A stretch of 55,112 bases of DNA, the filler included, from Basidiobolus ranarum (Eukaryota), in NCBI GenBank assembly GCA_040143965.1. It is 5 parts of 5 records of this genome, joined end to end, with 100 filler letters (N's around TTAATTAATTAA, not from the genome) between each part and the next. Parts side by side here need not be neighbours in the genome. Positions count along the whole stretch, not along the records: positions 33,175 to 44,094 come from JASJQH010007529.1; positions 44,195 to 55,112 come from JASJQH010007530.1; 3 more parts are not named here. One strand, given 5' to 3'. A program made the position numbers and the translations under genes. The notes beneath the pieces were generated by a model that was not told where the DNA came from, searched no databases, and saw nothing but the letters and a program-made list of their open reading frames with translations. Of this stretch, positions 35,886-48,310 are shown in pieces; within the stretch, counting starts at the first letter, position 1; every line of letters begins with the position of its first letter.

Positions 35886-36635
35886 ATCTATCAATGAATG
35901 AAAAATCCACCTCCATCCATTCATCACTACGAAGCTGGCGAAACTTTGTAGCAATCCACTTGTATGTTAGACACCTTAATATGAGATTCTCCTGCATCAT
36001 TCACCATTGCAGCAGATCTCTATAGAACCTTTATTTAAAATCATCACGATGTAAATTTGATAGTCATCTCAACCATTTCCCTCACGGTTTCTCCATCCAG
36101 TTCAATCCAACTACATGATTAGCCACGCATAGCATCTAATCTCACTAATATACATCCTGTTACTGTACTAATTAAAATGCCTCTTAACTACGAATGATTG
36201 TGGGATATTGTATCGTGAACGTTTATTTCCCAATATGACATCAGAGAGAGCGACTGAAAATATCCTTGCTCTGTGGACAATGCATTCTATTATTGATTCG
36301 TATGAATTTCTCAATTTTAATGCAATAAGATACGGAGGATACGCCATGCAATGACTCATATGCTATCAACCAATCATATTACTGAATGAAGTCGTTACGC
36401 CACAACCTAAAAGAATCGCAACGTCATCAATGCCTGTGCTTTTGCCCACACAGTTGGATAAACTGCGATAAATAAATGTAATGTAATGTCATGTTTATTC
36501 TTTTTTTTGGATTAGTGTACGAAGTGGGAATATTATTTACTACTCTTCGACACTCCGATTAAATGATGAGAACGTGTAAAAAGCGAAGGTATATTGTATT
36601 CAAAAGATATTCAGGAGTGATCAGAAATTGCCAAT

Positions 36636-37748
36636 TTACTCTAAAGTAGACTTGAAACGGTAAGTCTTGGTGTCTTCTGGGAATCTGCAACCCAACTCGC
36701 CAAGCTTAACGAAGGCTTTAGCGAAATCTTCAAAGAACTTGTCGACGTCTTTAGCGTATAACTCAGTATATTTCTTGAATTTAGGATCCTGGACCAATGC
36801 AATGTCTGTAGGAAGCATCATCAGTTCACCACTGGTCTTGTCAACATATTGGAAGGGGCCCTTCCACTTCTTGGGTACCCATTCTTCCTCCAGCAACAAA
36901 CGGAAATAATCATTAGTGAACATAGTGGGAGAGGCGGTCCATGGACCCTCGAATCCTGAACGATCAGAGTGACAACGGCCCAAAGCATGAGCACCTGATA
37001 GAGCAACAATCTCTTGGTCAGTGAATCCCATACGATAGAAGATATCACGGACATGACTGGCACCCTGAGAAGCATCAGGCAATCTACCATCTGGAGTACA
37101 GTCATTTTGAGACAATTTGTCGGTACGTCCTGGTCTCCAAGGAATAACAGGACCACTCATTTCTTGGATAGCGACAACACCAGCCAATGACCATAAATCA
37201 GAGTAACTGAGATCGGGGTACTTCTTCTTAATGTCTTCTAACTTTTTACGGGCAACACCTAATCCAGCATTACCACCATGTTCAGACTCTGGGCGGAATC
37301 TCATGGTAGCACCGTTGGAACCACCACTTCCGTCAGCCTTGTTGTAGGTACCGGAAGCATGCCAGGCTAAGCGAAGCAAGACTGGGCCGAATGATCCATC
37401 ATCATAGTCATTATCTTCAAGAATTTCGGCGATTTCATTGTAAATAGCTTGGTAGTCCAAGTTGTTCTTTTGCTTGGTCTCAACGTTGACTCCAGGGTTA
37501 CTTTTTGGGGAAGCGTGAGGATCAACTTTTCCGGCGGGGGTCATCATGTAATATCCAGCAACACTAGCGCCAGCAAAAGCCAAAGCCCAAACCATAGGGT
37601 TAGAACCGCTCTTTCTAACGGGACCGGTGGAATATCCACGAGCAGCTGTACGAATCACAGAGTTACGAGTACTGCCTAAGAGGGCAGCACTGACAACACG
37701 GCTTTTGCCAACAGGAGCAACTGCGCGAGAAATTAAACGGAAAGCCAT
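36636..37748 (-). CDS. CCP1: Mitochondrial cytochrome c peroxidase, intronless
   Basis: Targeting peptide plus TM sorting segment; distal [21 protein letters not shown], proximal [12 protein letters not shown] and GPWT (CcP Trp). Confidence 0.97.
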   Translation of the reverse strand: MAFRLISRAVAPVGKSRVVSAALLGSTRNSVIRTAARGYSTGPVRKSGSNPMVWALAFAGASVAGYYMMTPAGKVDPHASPKSNPGVNVETKQKNNLDYQAIYNEIAEILEDNDYDDGSFGPVLLRLAWHASGTYNKADGSGGSNGATMRFRPESEHGGNAGLGVARKKLEDIKKKYPDLSYSDLWSLAGVVAIQEMSGPVIPWRPGRTDKLSQNDCTPDGRLPDASQGASHVRDIFYRMGFTDQEIVALSGAHALGRCHSDRSGFEGPWTASPTMFTNDYFRLLLEEEWVPKKWKGPFQYVDKTSGELMMLPTDIALVQDPKFKKYTELYAKDVDKFFEDFAKAFVKLGELGCRFPEDTKTYRFKSTLE

Positions 37749-38231
37749 ATGATAAGATATTAACGATAGTTAGACAAGTACTAAATTACTTGATCAAAAT
37801 CTAATGATGAATAATGAGAGAAACCGATCCATTATTTATATTTGAGCGACACCAAGGGCCCCGCGTCATTAGGATTTTTCTCATCCCACCATACGTAACC
37901 ATTTATGAATCCTTAGTATGTAGTATATATTTTGATATATTCACTGTGGCTTTCGATTAATATTTTCCCATCATATTAGGAAAGAGGATAGCCATCTTCA
38001 ATTTTTTAGAAATCAAGTTACCTCGGTGAACTCACCACCAGCCATGACCAACCATACCGATTTCGAGGAAACTTTCATCCCTATCTCGAAGCTAGACAAC
38101 GGCAAAGCTGACAAATTGACGCTTCTCACTTTATTGCACGAAATGGCAATTCCAATCTAGAATTCGGATCCTTCTTCGATTAATCACAATTGAGCCCTAT
38201 TGATTGGCCTGTGAAAAAAGCAGTAACTAGA

Positions 38232-38238
38232 TTACTAA
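38232..38238. promoter_or_regulatory. Possible Yap1/AP-1 response element TTACTAA upstream of CCP1
   Basis: Exact match to the yeast YRE about 490 nt upstream of the ATG. A 7-mer in AT-rich DNA could be chance. Confidence 0.25.
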
Positions 38239-38827
38239 TGACCTTTGGTAGCTAGCAATATTCTTACCAAATCCAGTGTATGTGTTCACTAATGATAGTA
38301 ATCTATAATCTCTGTCAGTCTTTTGATTATTAAGAATCAGTTTGTTGTTCTCACACGTGCTAGGGTTGGACTCCAGTAATAAATATACTGCAGTCTCTTA
38401 TTATAGTTTCATTATTTTCCCGAACTATGAAACATGCTGATTTGTTGTAATTCATGGCAAATAGTGGAGTAAAGACCTAGGCTATGAAGAGAGATTATCC
38501 TTCCATCAACATTTTCTATTACCCATCCTATCCTAAATCTCCACAAAATACAACTGTCATATGTTCAAAATTTAGCTTCTTGTAAAGACAATTCCGTCGT
38601 ACACCCCAACAATCCAGTCTGAAAAGCCACCAACACCACAAATCGTGAACATCTTGATACTTCGGCAATAAACGACTTGACAGACAGTTCAACCCAGAAA
38701 GCTGTTTTATATATATAAGATTTATTCACAACTATCTTGTATAATAATCAGACACACAGGAACGTTAAAGCTGCTATTTTAATGTGAAAGGATAATCGAT
38801 TTTTTATAGAAAAAAGTTTTCTTTACT

Positions 38828-39310
38828 TCACAAGTCAAATTCGTCATCAGAATCGTCATCAAACTTACGACGATTGAAGACGATTTTGGTTTCTGGCTTT
38901 TGTTGTGAATTGATCTGCTCCAATAATTCGATTAAGTGAGATTCAGTCACTTTACCACGAAGTTGTCCAGTTTGTGCCATACGAATAAGTAAATCTTCGA
39001 CGGCACGTGCTTTCTCAGCTTTAACAATGGAAATACGAGCGATACGTTCACGTGCTTGATTATCAAGGATTTGAGTCAACATGGAGCGACGTAGTTCTTC
39101 TTGTTGTTCTTTTTTCTCGGCATCTTCACCTTTTCCCATTCCATTGAAGGAACCACCACCCATACTATTTCCCTAATCACATGGTAAGTTAAAATTAACT
39201 TCAGGGAAGAGATCTTTTTACCACAATCTACTCACTTCTTCACCACCTTGTCGTGCTCTCAATTCCGCCATTCTGCGGGCACGAATGGCCTCAAGTTCAG
39301 AATCATCCAT
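38828..39310 (-). CDS. PDCD5: PDCD5 family double-stranded DNA-binding protein; one coding intron
   Basis: MDDSELEAIRARRMAEL...ILDNQARERIARISIVKAEKARAVEDLLIRMAQTGQL..KVTESHLIELLEQI...RRKFDDDSDDEF. Confidence 0.93.
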
Positions 39311-39856
39311 TGTAAATCAACTATAAATATTAAAAGTCTAAATAATCACTTCTATTTGACGTATATACCAAAATAAAAAAGAATACTTTACCTTTCTAAA
39401 GAGAAATAAACAAGTGTAACCAACAATTCATTCACCAATATAACCTTTGAATAAAGGTCAACAGACCTGAGTAATTTCTTTGAAAATTTTACAATTTATT
39501 CTTCATCTTTCCACCAGTTTAATGCAATAAATCTATTCTATGTGATTGATTACTCGCAGTAAACTTTAATATTGGAAAATATTGAATTCCAATCTTAAAA
39601 TCTGATATAGAATGGAGATGTTTATCAGATTTAAAAGCAATTATTATGACGAAAGCTAACGATTTCACTAGCAGCGGTTAGCTTGTGAGTTAGCTCGAGA
39701 GTTGATATAAGTTGTAGGCAGTGACAGATTATGAGTTATCTAATCAAATTAGATGGGTAATATTATGTTGAATGATGGATGGAAGAATGATTGTAGAATG
39801 ATCATTTATTATTTCGATAAAGTGAACATTAGAAGGTAAGTAGCTACAATATGTAT

Positions 39857-40483
39857 TTAGAACTTGGCGAATTGCTTGCTACCTTGAGCCTTCTTTTGAA
39901 CCTTGAGAACGTTGAAACGAACGGTCTTTGACAAAGGACGGCATTGTCCAACGGTAACAACATCACCGTTTTCAACACGGAAGCAGGGAGATACGTGAGC
40001 GGCAAGGTTCTTGTGACGCTTCTCGTAACGGTTATACTTGGGAATGTAGTGAAGGTATTCACGACGGATGATGAGGGTGTTCTTCATCTTGGTGGAGATA
40101 ACAACACCAGAAAGGATACGACCACGAATGCTAATATCACCAGTGAAGGGGCACTTTTTGTCAATGTAGGTACCTTCAATAGCTTCCTTAGGGGTCTTGA
40201 ATCCAAGACCAACATCCTTGTACCAACGGAGGTTACGAGCCTTCTTGGAACCGGCAACTTTGGCGTTTTGGAAAATACCAACTTGCTTTTGGAAAGCTTT
40301 CTCGATCTATCATGTTGAAAATAATGTCAGTACATCCAGCTGGTTTGTAAATGATAAACTTTAACGTAATGTGCATCTATTATACTGATGATGGAATCCA
40401 TCATAGCTTCGCATTCAAAGATTCCTCGTATTTATTATGAATGCACTTCTTAAATTGAACTCGGTATTTACCTGTTCAGACAT
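39857..40483 (-). CDS. RPS11: 40S ribosomal protein S11 (uS17); exon 1 40483-40472, intron 40471-40307
   Basis: [12 protein letters not shown]...[13 protein letters not shown]...DKKCPFTG...[29 protein letters not shown]...[14 protein letters not shown]. Confidence 0.98.
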
Positions 40484-40982
40484 CTTTACTACGTCTCAAT
40501 TTCGAAAAGACTGAGTATGCTCTCGAAGGAAGAGGGAAAAGGAGGATTCAATAGGAATGTGATGTTCAAATTATCCTTGTTACTACCCAATCAAATCCCT
40601 TTCATCACATGATATCCTTTTTTAAATCCCCTTGACATAAATCAGCCAGATTTGATTAAGAATGATCCAATATAGATTCTATTCATATTTAATTTAATAT
40701 ACTAGAATAGAATGGACTTCCGAAACACACACTTGCACACTTCCCTGTGCATTCCTTTATAAATACTTCATTCCAGTGGATACGGAATAATCTAGTAGTT
40801 TCACTTTTTAATCACTTCCTTCACGTTTGTACTTAACCTGTTATCCGTTCATTCATATACCGCGCGTGCGCTTATTCTTTCGTTATCAACCCTCTTACCT
40901 CCTTTATTCTGAATACATTCGATTTTTCATACATACTCTCCAATAATAAAAACCTGTCACATCTAACTAAAACATAGCGACC

Positions 40983-41417
40983 ATGTCAGAGCTTCAACTG
41001 TTCTTTTTAGCTCTACCGATAATCATCCTAGGTGAATATATAAACAGAGAGAGAAAAAGGCAGATAAAAAGAAGTTTCTAACCATTTCATACAAACACCG
41101 TTTTTTTTCTTAATATAGCCCTATTTCTCATTCGTCGGTTTCTTATCAATCGAGGATATCATCGCCTAGGTACGGGAGCGTTCCTGGAGGATTTAGAGAA
41201 TGGGTTAACCAGTGAGAACTTTGACATCTTACCCAACATCGAAGGTGGTGACTCTAGACCTGGTTTGGATAGTGAGGAGATTCGAAAAATTATGAAGAAG
41301 CACAGTTGTACTTTTGACGAAGCCAGAGTCATAAGACAAAAGCTCAAGTTTCAAAGTAACAATATAGATCCAGTCACTGGTATGCCTTTGGATCCTAAAG
41401 CAGTGGTTTTTAGCTAA
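40983..41417 (+). CDS. DUF2015/UPF0357 family small fungal membrane protein; 2 exons
   Basis: Hydrophobic N-terminus MSELQLFFLALPIIIL, then FLEDLENGLTSENFDI..NI..GDSRPGLD..EIRKIM...FDEAR...NNIDP.TGMPLDPKAVVFS*. Not in the ORF track. Confidence 0.88.
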
Positions 41418-41831
41418 ACTTATTGAAAAGTTGCATTCTAATCATATAACTACAGTCAGTGGTTCATTTTCCTTAAGAATACTATGGAACATGTAGCTCG
41501 ACTAAATTTTACTTAACATTATAACAAAAAGTGATATGTATCTTTCACACTTTAACTCCTTATCTGTATAAGCTAGTCTTTACGCCACTTTTATCACACA
41601 ATGTACGCACACATTCTAATCATCCTAGTCACACTTTATCCATTGCTAGTTAATTTTATAAATCTATGTCTAAATATCTGAAATATCAATATCAATCCAA
41701 GATCAATATTGTTATAGAATAGTGATGATATATGAAGGAGAAATTCTTTGGTTAGAAAGTAAGAATGAATCACGATATATATAACGTTGAGATTATTCAC
41801 ATCATTGCTTCGTTCAACTCGTTTTTCCATT

Positions 41832-42283
41832 ATGATTACTTCCAAACTTTCAAACGGTCCCAATCTACAACAAGTAAGTATTATTTCATACTCAATATGA
41901 ACTTCATTTAGTTTAACCTTGTCCCTTATAGTTTATTACTCGTGCTAAAGTGATAAGTTTATATCGAGAAATCATGCGTTGTACTACGAGTGAGTATTTT
42001 TTATAAACAGTGTTGGTTCAGGGTGAAGCTTACCCTAAATCCATTTCAAAGAAATAGATAATCCCAGAGATAAAAAAGAACTAAGGGATTGGGCAAGAGC
42101 TGATTTTGAGCAATATCGAAAGGTAGAAGACCAGGTAATATCACTTGAAAGTAGTTTATTTATACGTTGACAGAAAAATAGTAACAAAGTATACCTTTTC
42201 AGGACAAGATAATGACGTTATTATCTCAAGGAAAATATCAGCTCCATAACCTCCAACGTAGTTTGATGTTATCTCAACGTTAA
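41832..42283 (+). CDS. LYR-motif protein, LYRM2-like; 4 exons
   Basis: Spliced translation MITSKLSNGPNLQQ|FITRAKVISLYREIMRCTT|KIDNPRDKKELRDWARADFEQYRKVEDQ|DKIMTLLSQGKYQLHNLQRSLMLSQR*, with the LYR and later F motifs and canonical GT-AG introns. Confidence 0.88.
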
Positions 42284-42733
42284 TAGAGGAAATTTCAGCC
42301 TAGAATACATCAGTACAACTTACTTTTGATCAAGCAAAGATAGCCACCATATAAGAAAGCATACCTTTTTGAACTCTCACAATGTATTAAATACACGTTC
42401 ACTGTTAAATATATATCACAAAGAGTTGACCAACCTGTCAAAGTAGAGATATTCTTGTTTTGGACATTCCAAGTATTATATCTCGAATGGAGGCTTATTT
42501 TATTTAATCAATTGAGACGAGTTATTAATTACATTGTTCGCAAATGTTATACATATACAATTAAGGCTAATACAGATACCTAGCCTTGGTGAATAGGTCA
42601 TATACATTATTGGTGTAGATATAGTGTGCTTTTTTTTTGCAAAGGGTTGAGATAAAATATCCATTCAATAAGGTTACAGAGAGCGTAAGGTTCTAACTTT
42701 CAACCAGCAAAAGTCAGAGAAAAGGCTGCTGTC

Positions 42734-42886
42734 TTAGTAAGTCCAACTAGCCAACTCGAACTCCAATTCGCGGTCAATCACCTCTTGTAAATTATCTAGA
42801 CACGATGTACCAGAGTGCTTTGGAACGGCCAAGGATTGTGCAGAGAGAGTATAGCTAAGAAGCAGGCAAATCACGTAAAATTTCAT
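42734..42886 (-). CDS. Putative secreted micropeptide, 50 aa
   Basis: MKFYVICLLLSYTLSAQSLAVPKHSGTSCLDNLQEVIDRELEFELASWTY*. Classical signal-peptide pattern, with TATATAAA about 45 nt upstream. Confidence 0.6.
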   Translation of the reverse strand: MKFYVICLLLSYTLSAQSLAVPKHSGTSCLDNLQEVIDRELEFELASWTY

Positions 42887-42931
42887 TGAGTTAATCAAAG
42901 TTGTTTTTATCAGGTAGACTGTGACTCGAGC

Positions 42932-42939
42932 TTTATATA
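42932..42939 (-). promoter_or_regulatory. TATA box TATATAAA of the micropeptide gene
   Basis: Consensus TATA box in the correct orientation, upstream of ATG 42886. Confidence 0.55.
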
Positions 42940-44094
42940 CTACGAGTCAAGAAGAAAGCATTGTTAAAAAAATTCTGAGACAAACTGGTACAAATTATCG
43001 CTGGGGATGAGACTTACAAAATAAGGAGCCTCTCTCCAAATACCTCATAAATCACTGGCATTAGTCGAGATTCCTTCAATTCTTACCAACCTTATTGATT
43101 TAATTTGGGTTGTGTTGCCAATGTCGAGAGGTAGGAGCGGATATTCCTTTAAAGGGTTCAGATGATACCTGATTCGGAAAATCTTATAGTATTTCTCAAG
43201 TGGTTTATTATCGTTTTGCCCAGAATTGAATATAAATAATCCAGACAAAGCACCAGCAATTCCACGATAAATTAAGGTCTTTGAAAAGTGGTAAAGAGAT
43301 GCCGATCATATGCTTTTACCACATATTATCACCAGTTGTGTTCCAAATCCAGATTCTCATTAACATTTCGAAGGTTCTAATTGTCGTCACATGAGACATA
43401 ACATAGGGTCCGTTTCTAATGTGAATACTGTTTAAAACTGTTGGAAGAAAGCTAGATCTACTCTCAATTAGCAAGGACTAATAGGACAAGGACGAACAAG
43501 ACTAGATGCTTCTGGAGCTACTTCGACAGTATTGGAGGCCCACTAAGCTAAGGTCATGATGAGAATAAGGTTGGTTATATAAGCAAGTGTATTATTGTTG
43601 ATTTTCGTTCAGTCTGATCCAGTTTTCTCTTCTCTGTATCGTTTGCATTTGAACTTCATTTGTTGATGAGTTGAGAGTGGCCCATATCTAATCTCGTATA
43701 TACCTGAATTTGGTGATCAAACATTTCCAAAATGTGTTTCAATTACAGGTCAGGTGATTTATAGTTAGCATAGTCTAGAAGTATATATATGCATTATAAC
43801 TTTGGTGCCTTTCTAAATTTTCATTATTGAACATTAAAGCACATTCTTCATGTAATCGATCATAATGATGATATTAGTTAAACTGACATACTATGGGATA
43901 TAGAAGTTTTAAAGTAGGGTTATGGCTATAAGTTTATGAGTGTACTGAGTAATTGTTAAATTTATTTGAAATCAAATTTCAAACCACTGATGGGGTCACT
44001 TAGAGGCGCTTCATGGTTACTGCAAAGCGGAAGCCAATTGGTTACTCCAAGTACCGCTAGTATCTAGAGAGTATTGCCAGCCCTCATATCACAG

Positions 44095-44194
44095 NNNNNN
44101 NNNNNNNNNNNNNNNNNNNNNNNNNNNNNNNNNNNNNNTTAATTAATTAANNNNNNNNNNNNNNNNNNNNNNNNNNNNNNNNNNNNNNNNNNNN
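44095..44194. other. Artificial contig linker
   Basis: N44-TTAATTAATTAA-N44. Confidence 0.98.
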
Positions 44195-44653
44195 GCGTTT
44201 GCCGATTCCACTCGTACATAGAAACACCGTTTGCGATCCCATCTTTGCTGTTGCTGCAGGGATCTCGTCGTGACAGCTTGAAGCAGGCCCTTGATTCGCT
44301 TTAACGAGGTATAAGGATTGGAATGGCAAAGCAAGCACTTATGAATCGACAAAACGGTCTGGAAAGATAGAGGTAATTTATTGCACATGTACGAGATTAT
44401 TATTCTGGACAAAATGGTTCAGCTATATTACATGCAAAGCGACGTGTCTAAATATAACGCTTCAGCAATTTTGTTCCTGAGCAAGGTGTGGATATTTATG
44501 TTCCTAATGTTGGTTGTGAATACTGGCTAAAGATGATGATTGTATAATACATATTCAAGGATTCCTTGAGTTGGATTGTGGTTTGTTGCTCCACCAGGAA
44601 GCCTCTGCAGAAAAAAGACAGATAGAAATATGATCATAAACACAGTAGAGTGC

Positions 44654-45669
44654 TTAGATATCGATATGTATACCCGGCCGGAGTTTCTGTATTTGTTCTT
44701 GGATGTAGATACCATCCATTCTTGGGCAGTTTTCAATCACCAAGACTTTCAGATTCGGCAATTGAGTTGACCAATCAATACAATCTTTCATCATAGAGTC
44801 AGTAAGCCATATCACATTAGATATGTTTAGTGACTGTAGACTGCTTAAATGGCTGGCGATTTCATGAACGATTTTTCTACCATACAGTCTATCAAAACAA
44901 CCAGAGATATTGAGATGTGTTAGATGCTTTAAATGCTCTTGAAGTAGTTCGAGAAACCAAGGTGCTTGAATATTGCTGAAGGAGACGTTCAAACGTAACA
45001 CAACATTGGGTGGATGGCTGGCTTCTGAGCTCTTCAGTGTGTAAAAAAACGCCATTAGCTGTTCATAGCTAAAACGGCCCTGGCAAAGATTTAGATGCTG
45101 GTAACCACAGTCGAAAAAAAGTCCCAGCGAATCGTCATTTGTTTGGCCCAACTTGCTCACCTGAGTTAGGAGGTTTTCTTTAAGATGTAATGGAAGAGTA
45201 GAAATCAGTTTCTGATCTTCACGCACATAAGATTTGATATCTTTTGCTATGATTTTACAACACCATTTCGACAGCGATTTCGGGGATGAACCTCTAGGTT
45301 TGTTTGCTTAAAACAAGATAATGGATGTTAGTAATATTCTTTGTTGTAGTAGTATTCCAAGAGCTTGGTGTTACATTTATGGTATAATTTCTCCAGCTTC
45401 TTCCATTTCGGTATGCATACCGGTCCATTCAGCACACGCATAGCATGCCTTACAGCCTCTAGACATTCCGTCCCACTAATATACGAGTCATATTTAGTGT
45501 TCAAGAACCAAGATGGATTGAGTATTCCAGTTCGAGGGAGTTTTGATTTGGGCTCAAGCCCTGCGATATTCTCAGGCTTTAGAAGCTGCAATGCTTCGGT
45601 AACAGATTTCCCCAACGTTGAGGTATTGTACAAATCGATAGACATGCTTAATAATTGCTCTTTGCCCAT
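44654..45669 (-). CDS. Leucine-rich repeat (RNI-like) protein with BC-box-like motif; 2 exons
   Basis: PKSLSKWCCKII...ISTLPLHLKENLL followed by LRRs (HLTHLNISGC, SLQSLNISNV, NLKVLVIENCP). A GTAACA...TTTTAAG intron with a TACTAAC branch point joins the two ORFs in frame. Confidence 0.78.
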
Positions 45670-48310
45670 GTTTTAGAAATTGAAGCTCTTCAGTGTGTAT
45701 CAAAATCTAAATAATTCTATGATACCATGTTAAAATTGATTGCAAAGAAACTTGTAAAGGCACGAACACGAAATTCAAGAGATTTAATGGTATATCGGGT
45801 TTTGGTCATATATCTAATGCCTTTACATTGGTTAAGTAATTTTGGAGGGGAATCTAAAAAGACGAACCTCAAAACTATAGATATATATTCAGAGCAGCAG
45901 TGAATCGAGGGCTGTGTAAAGAAAGGAAAGTACAAGTGGTCAGTGAGAAAAAGAAGTACGGATAAGTTGATAAAGGAAATAATTGATGGTCTGGTCACCA
46001 ACTCTCGTATATAAATGACCTGACTGATGCATATGATTTGATAGTATAATTGAGTAGGGGGTGAATATATGCTCATTGCCCCTGATGAACCAATCTAACC
46101 ATGAGCCAGTACCGTAACGTTCCAAACAAATTGTTATCTAAATGCTTGCAAATCTTCGTCATACATTATTCTGTAGAGCGTACGCAGCAGTACTTGTCAT
46201 CAAAACTGCAATTTGAATCTATTTTCAGACAGAAGTTTAGAAAGATCGCGCTCGATGTGCGATTCAGTGGGCCATCGGCAATAGACAGCGCCGATACGAT
46301 ATATGATCATATGCCGATCGATCCGCGATTGTGCGGTTACCGAAAATGGAATTCGTTGATGGTCAAAGGTTCTTCACAATCGGATAAATAACCCACTCGT
46401 CACGAATGAATCCAAAACTGGAGCAATTTGAAGATGGAACTTTGGGTTAGGCAAAGAAAGACTGGAGGCCCTGACTCGGTAGACTTATGGTCACACTACA
46501 CACAAACGCTCTCAAACTTGTAGGCCAGCAAGGATGTTCTCCAATAGTGTCTATGTGAGCTTCCCCATAGTTATAAATTGCGCAATCGCTGGAGTGATCA
46601 TACGAAGCCCATCAAATCCGTCTTGCTATATGAGCTGCTATGCACTGAAAGGAGTAATATCAGCCAGGTCAACAACGCCTACTCAACTCGACCAAAAGGT
46701 AGTTCTCTGGCCTGGTGTGATGCTGGGATTACATGCTACGGGCTAGGGTATCTTCAATAAGAGCGAATGTATAGTTATAGGCATATATATAGAGTGCAAG
46801 CCAGTCCTGAACGATCCAGTGTAGTATTCATATACGGGTCAGTGCAAATATGTGTGATGGAACAAGTGCAACGAACCTCGAATCACGGATCATCAAGCTG
46901 ATCCACATGATATTGATTCCATTGGCTATTGATTGGAGATGCATCTTGTACCATATGCACAGAGTTATGGGAGAACATGTCTGTGAGCAACCAATGATGG
47001 CTCAAGTATTATAGAGGCTTGAGAGCCAAACAAGAATTATTTGAGCTCCGTGGTCACTGATTAATTTTTTTAACGCCTAGGCCAAACTTTATTTAGGTAC
47101 GCTAAGACAAAACTAGCTGCATAGTATCTTTGCGATGCTATTTCAGATTTTATGCTTAATGTGTATTGTAACCGTGCTTGTCAGCGGCGCTGATTGAAAC
47201 TTGACAGCTTCGGAAGGTATTGATGGACCCCTGATATCCTTTCAACACTCAGAAGTCGATGATTTTGAAGAGTGTGGAGACTTTGTGACTTTGCAGTTTG
47301 ACTCAGAATTACACTCTGCTGAAGTTGGAAGACAATAGAATTCTGTTGAGTCCTAAAGCTAACGGCCTTTCGACTCATCTACCATTTCGTTCTCATGCTT
47401 GCAAAATACTTGATTTTTCCTGTCGAGTGGAGAGAAGATCAATCAGTCTGCTCGATTAAAAGAGGTCACTGGATTTGTCGAACTGTTGGTTCAACCTAGT
47501 CAAGTTTCGTTGCATAACGCTAGCCTTCTTAGAGTTAAAATTTCTTGGTTAAAATTACGAGCAATTTGCAGAACGCCCATCTCTCTCTTTAGTGAATTCT
47601 ATTACTTCATGCTAAGTTGAGCGGGACCTTCGGTATTCCCGTTGGAGTGTTACTTTTCAGCAACTTCGTAGCGCTTGGTGTCTGACGTTCCTGGGCTATC
47701 AAGCTCTATTACGCTCACTAACAGCTGCTTCATCATTCTTGACCAATTGAACTGATTCGCTATATGTTTCAGTCCTATGCTGTCTAGAAGAAAAATGGAT
47801 GCCGCTGACTTGGTTGTATCAGTTTCAAACTCAATAAATGTCCACTTGAATGACTAGAGGCCCAGATAGTAAATATAACATATGAGAGAATCAGGACTAC
47901 TGCGAGCCTACCATTAGCAAGATGATAATATGCAGATGCTCTGAATTGTCACACCAGTGTTATTTATAGAGTGATTTTGCTGTCTCTTACAACATCGATG
48001 TAATCAGCCAAAGATACTCGACTCTCAACAATGAAAACCTTAATTATAGTCTTCTTATTACTTATGGGTGGCTATTTTTGTTGATGAAATTGGATCACAT
48101 ACAACGCTGCTTGTGACATCACGAGTGGCTAGATGGAAATAAATTTTACATTTATCATCAGATTGTCTAGATGCTTGTGCTAAAGGAAGATCATAATTCA
48201 CTATATTTCAACGTTGTGCAAGTGCAGAACATTTAAACTACCATAGACCTGAGGCAACTAGACATTCACCAAAGTGGATTGAAAATCACCTTTTAGAGTA
48301 AAAAAAGAGT

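Noticed and set aside
39944..40318. 124-aa ORF antisense to RPS11, and similar antisense ORFs over CCP1 and SAS10
   Set aside because: Shadow ORFs produced by biased codon usage of the real genes on the opposite strand.
44195..44303. Possible 3' end of a plus-strand gene after the gap (...TPFAIPSLLLLQGSRRDSLKQALDSL*)
   Set aside because: Too short and truncated to identify; the frame cannot be fixed.
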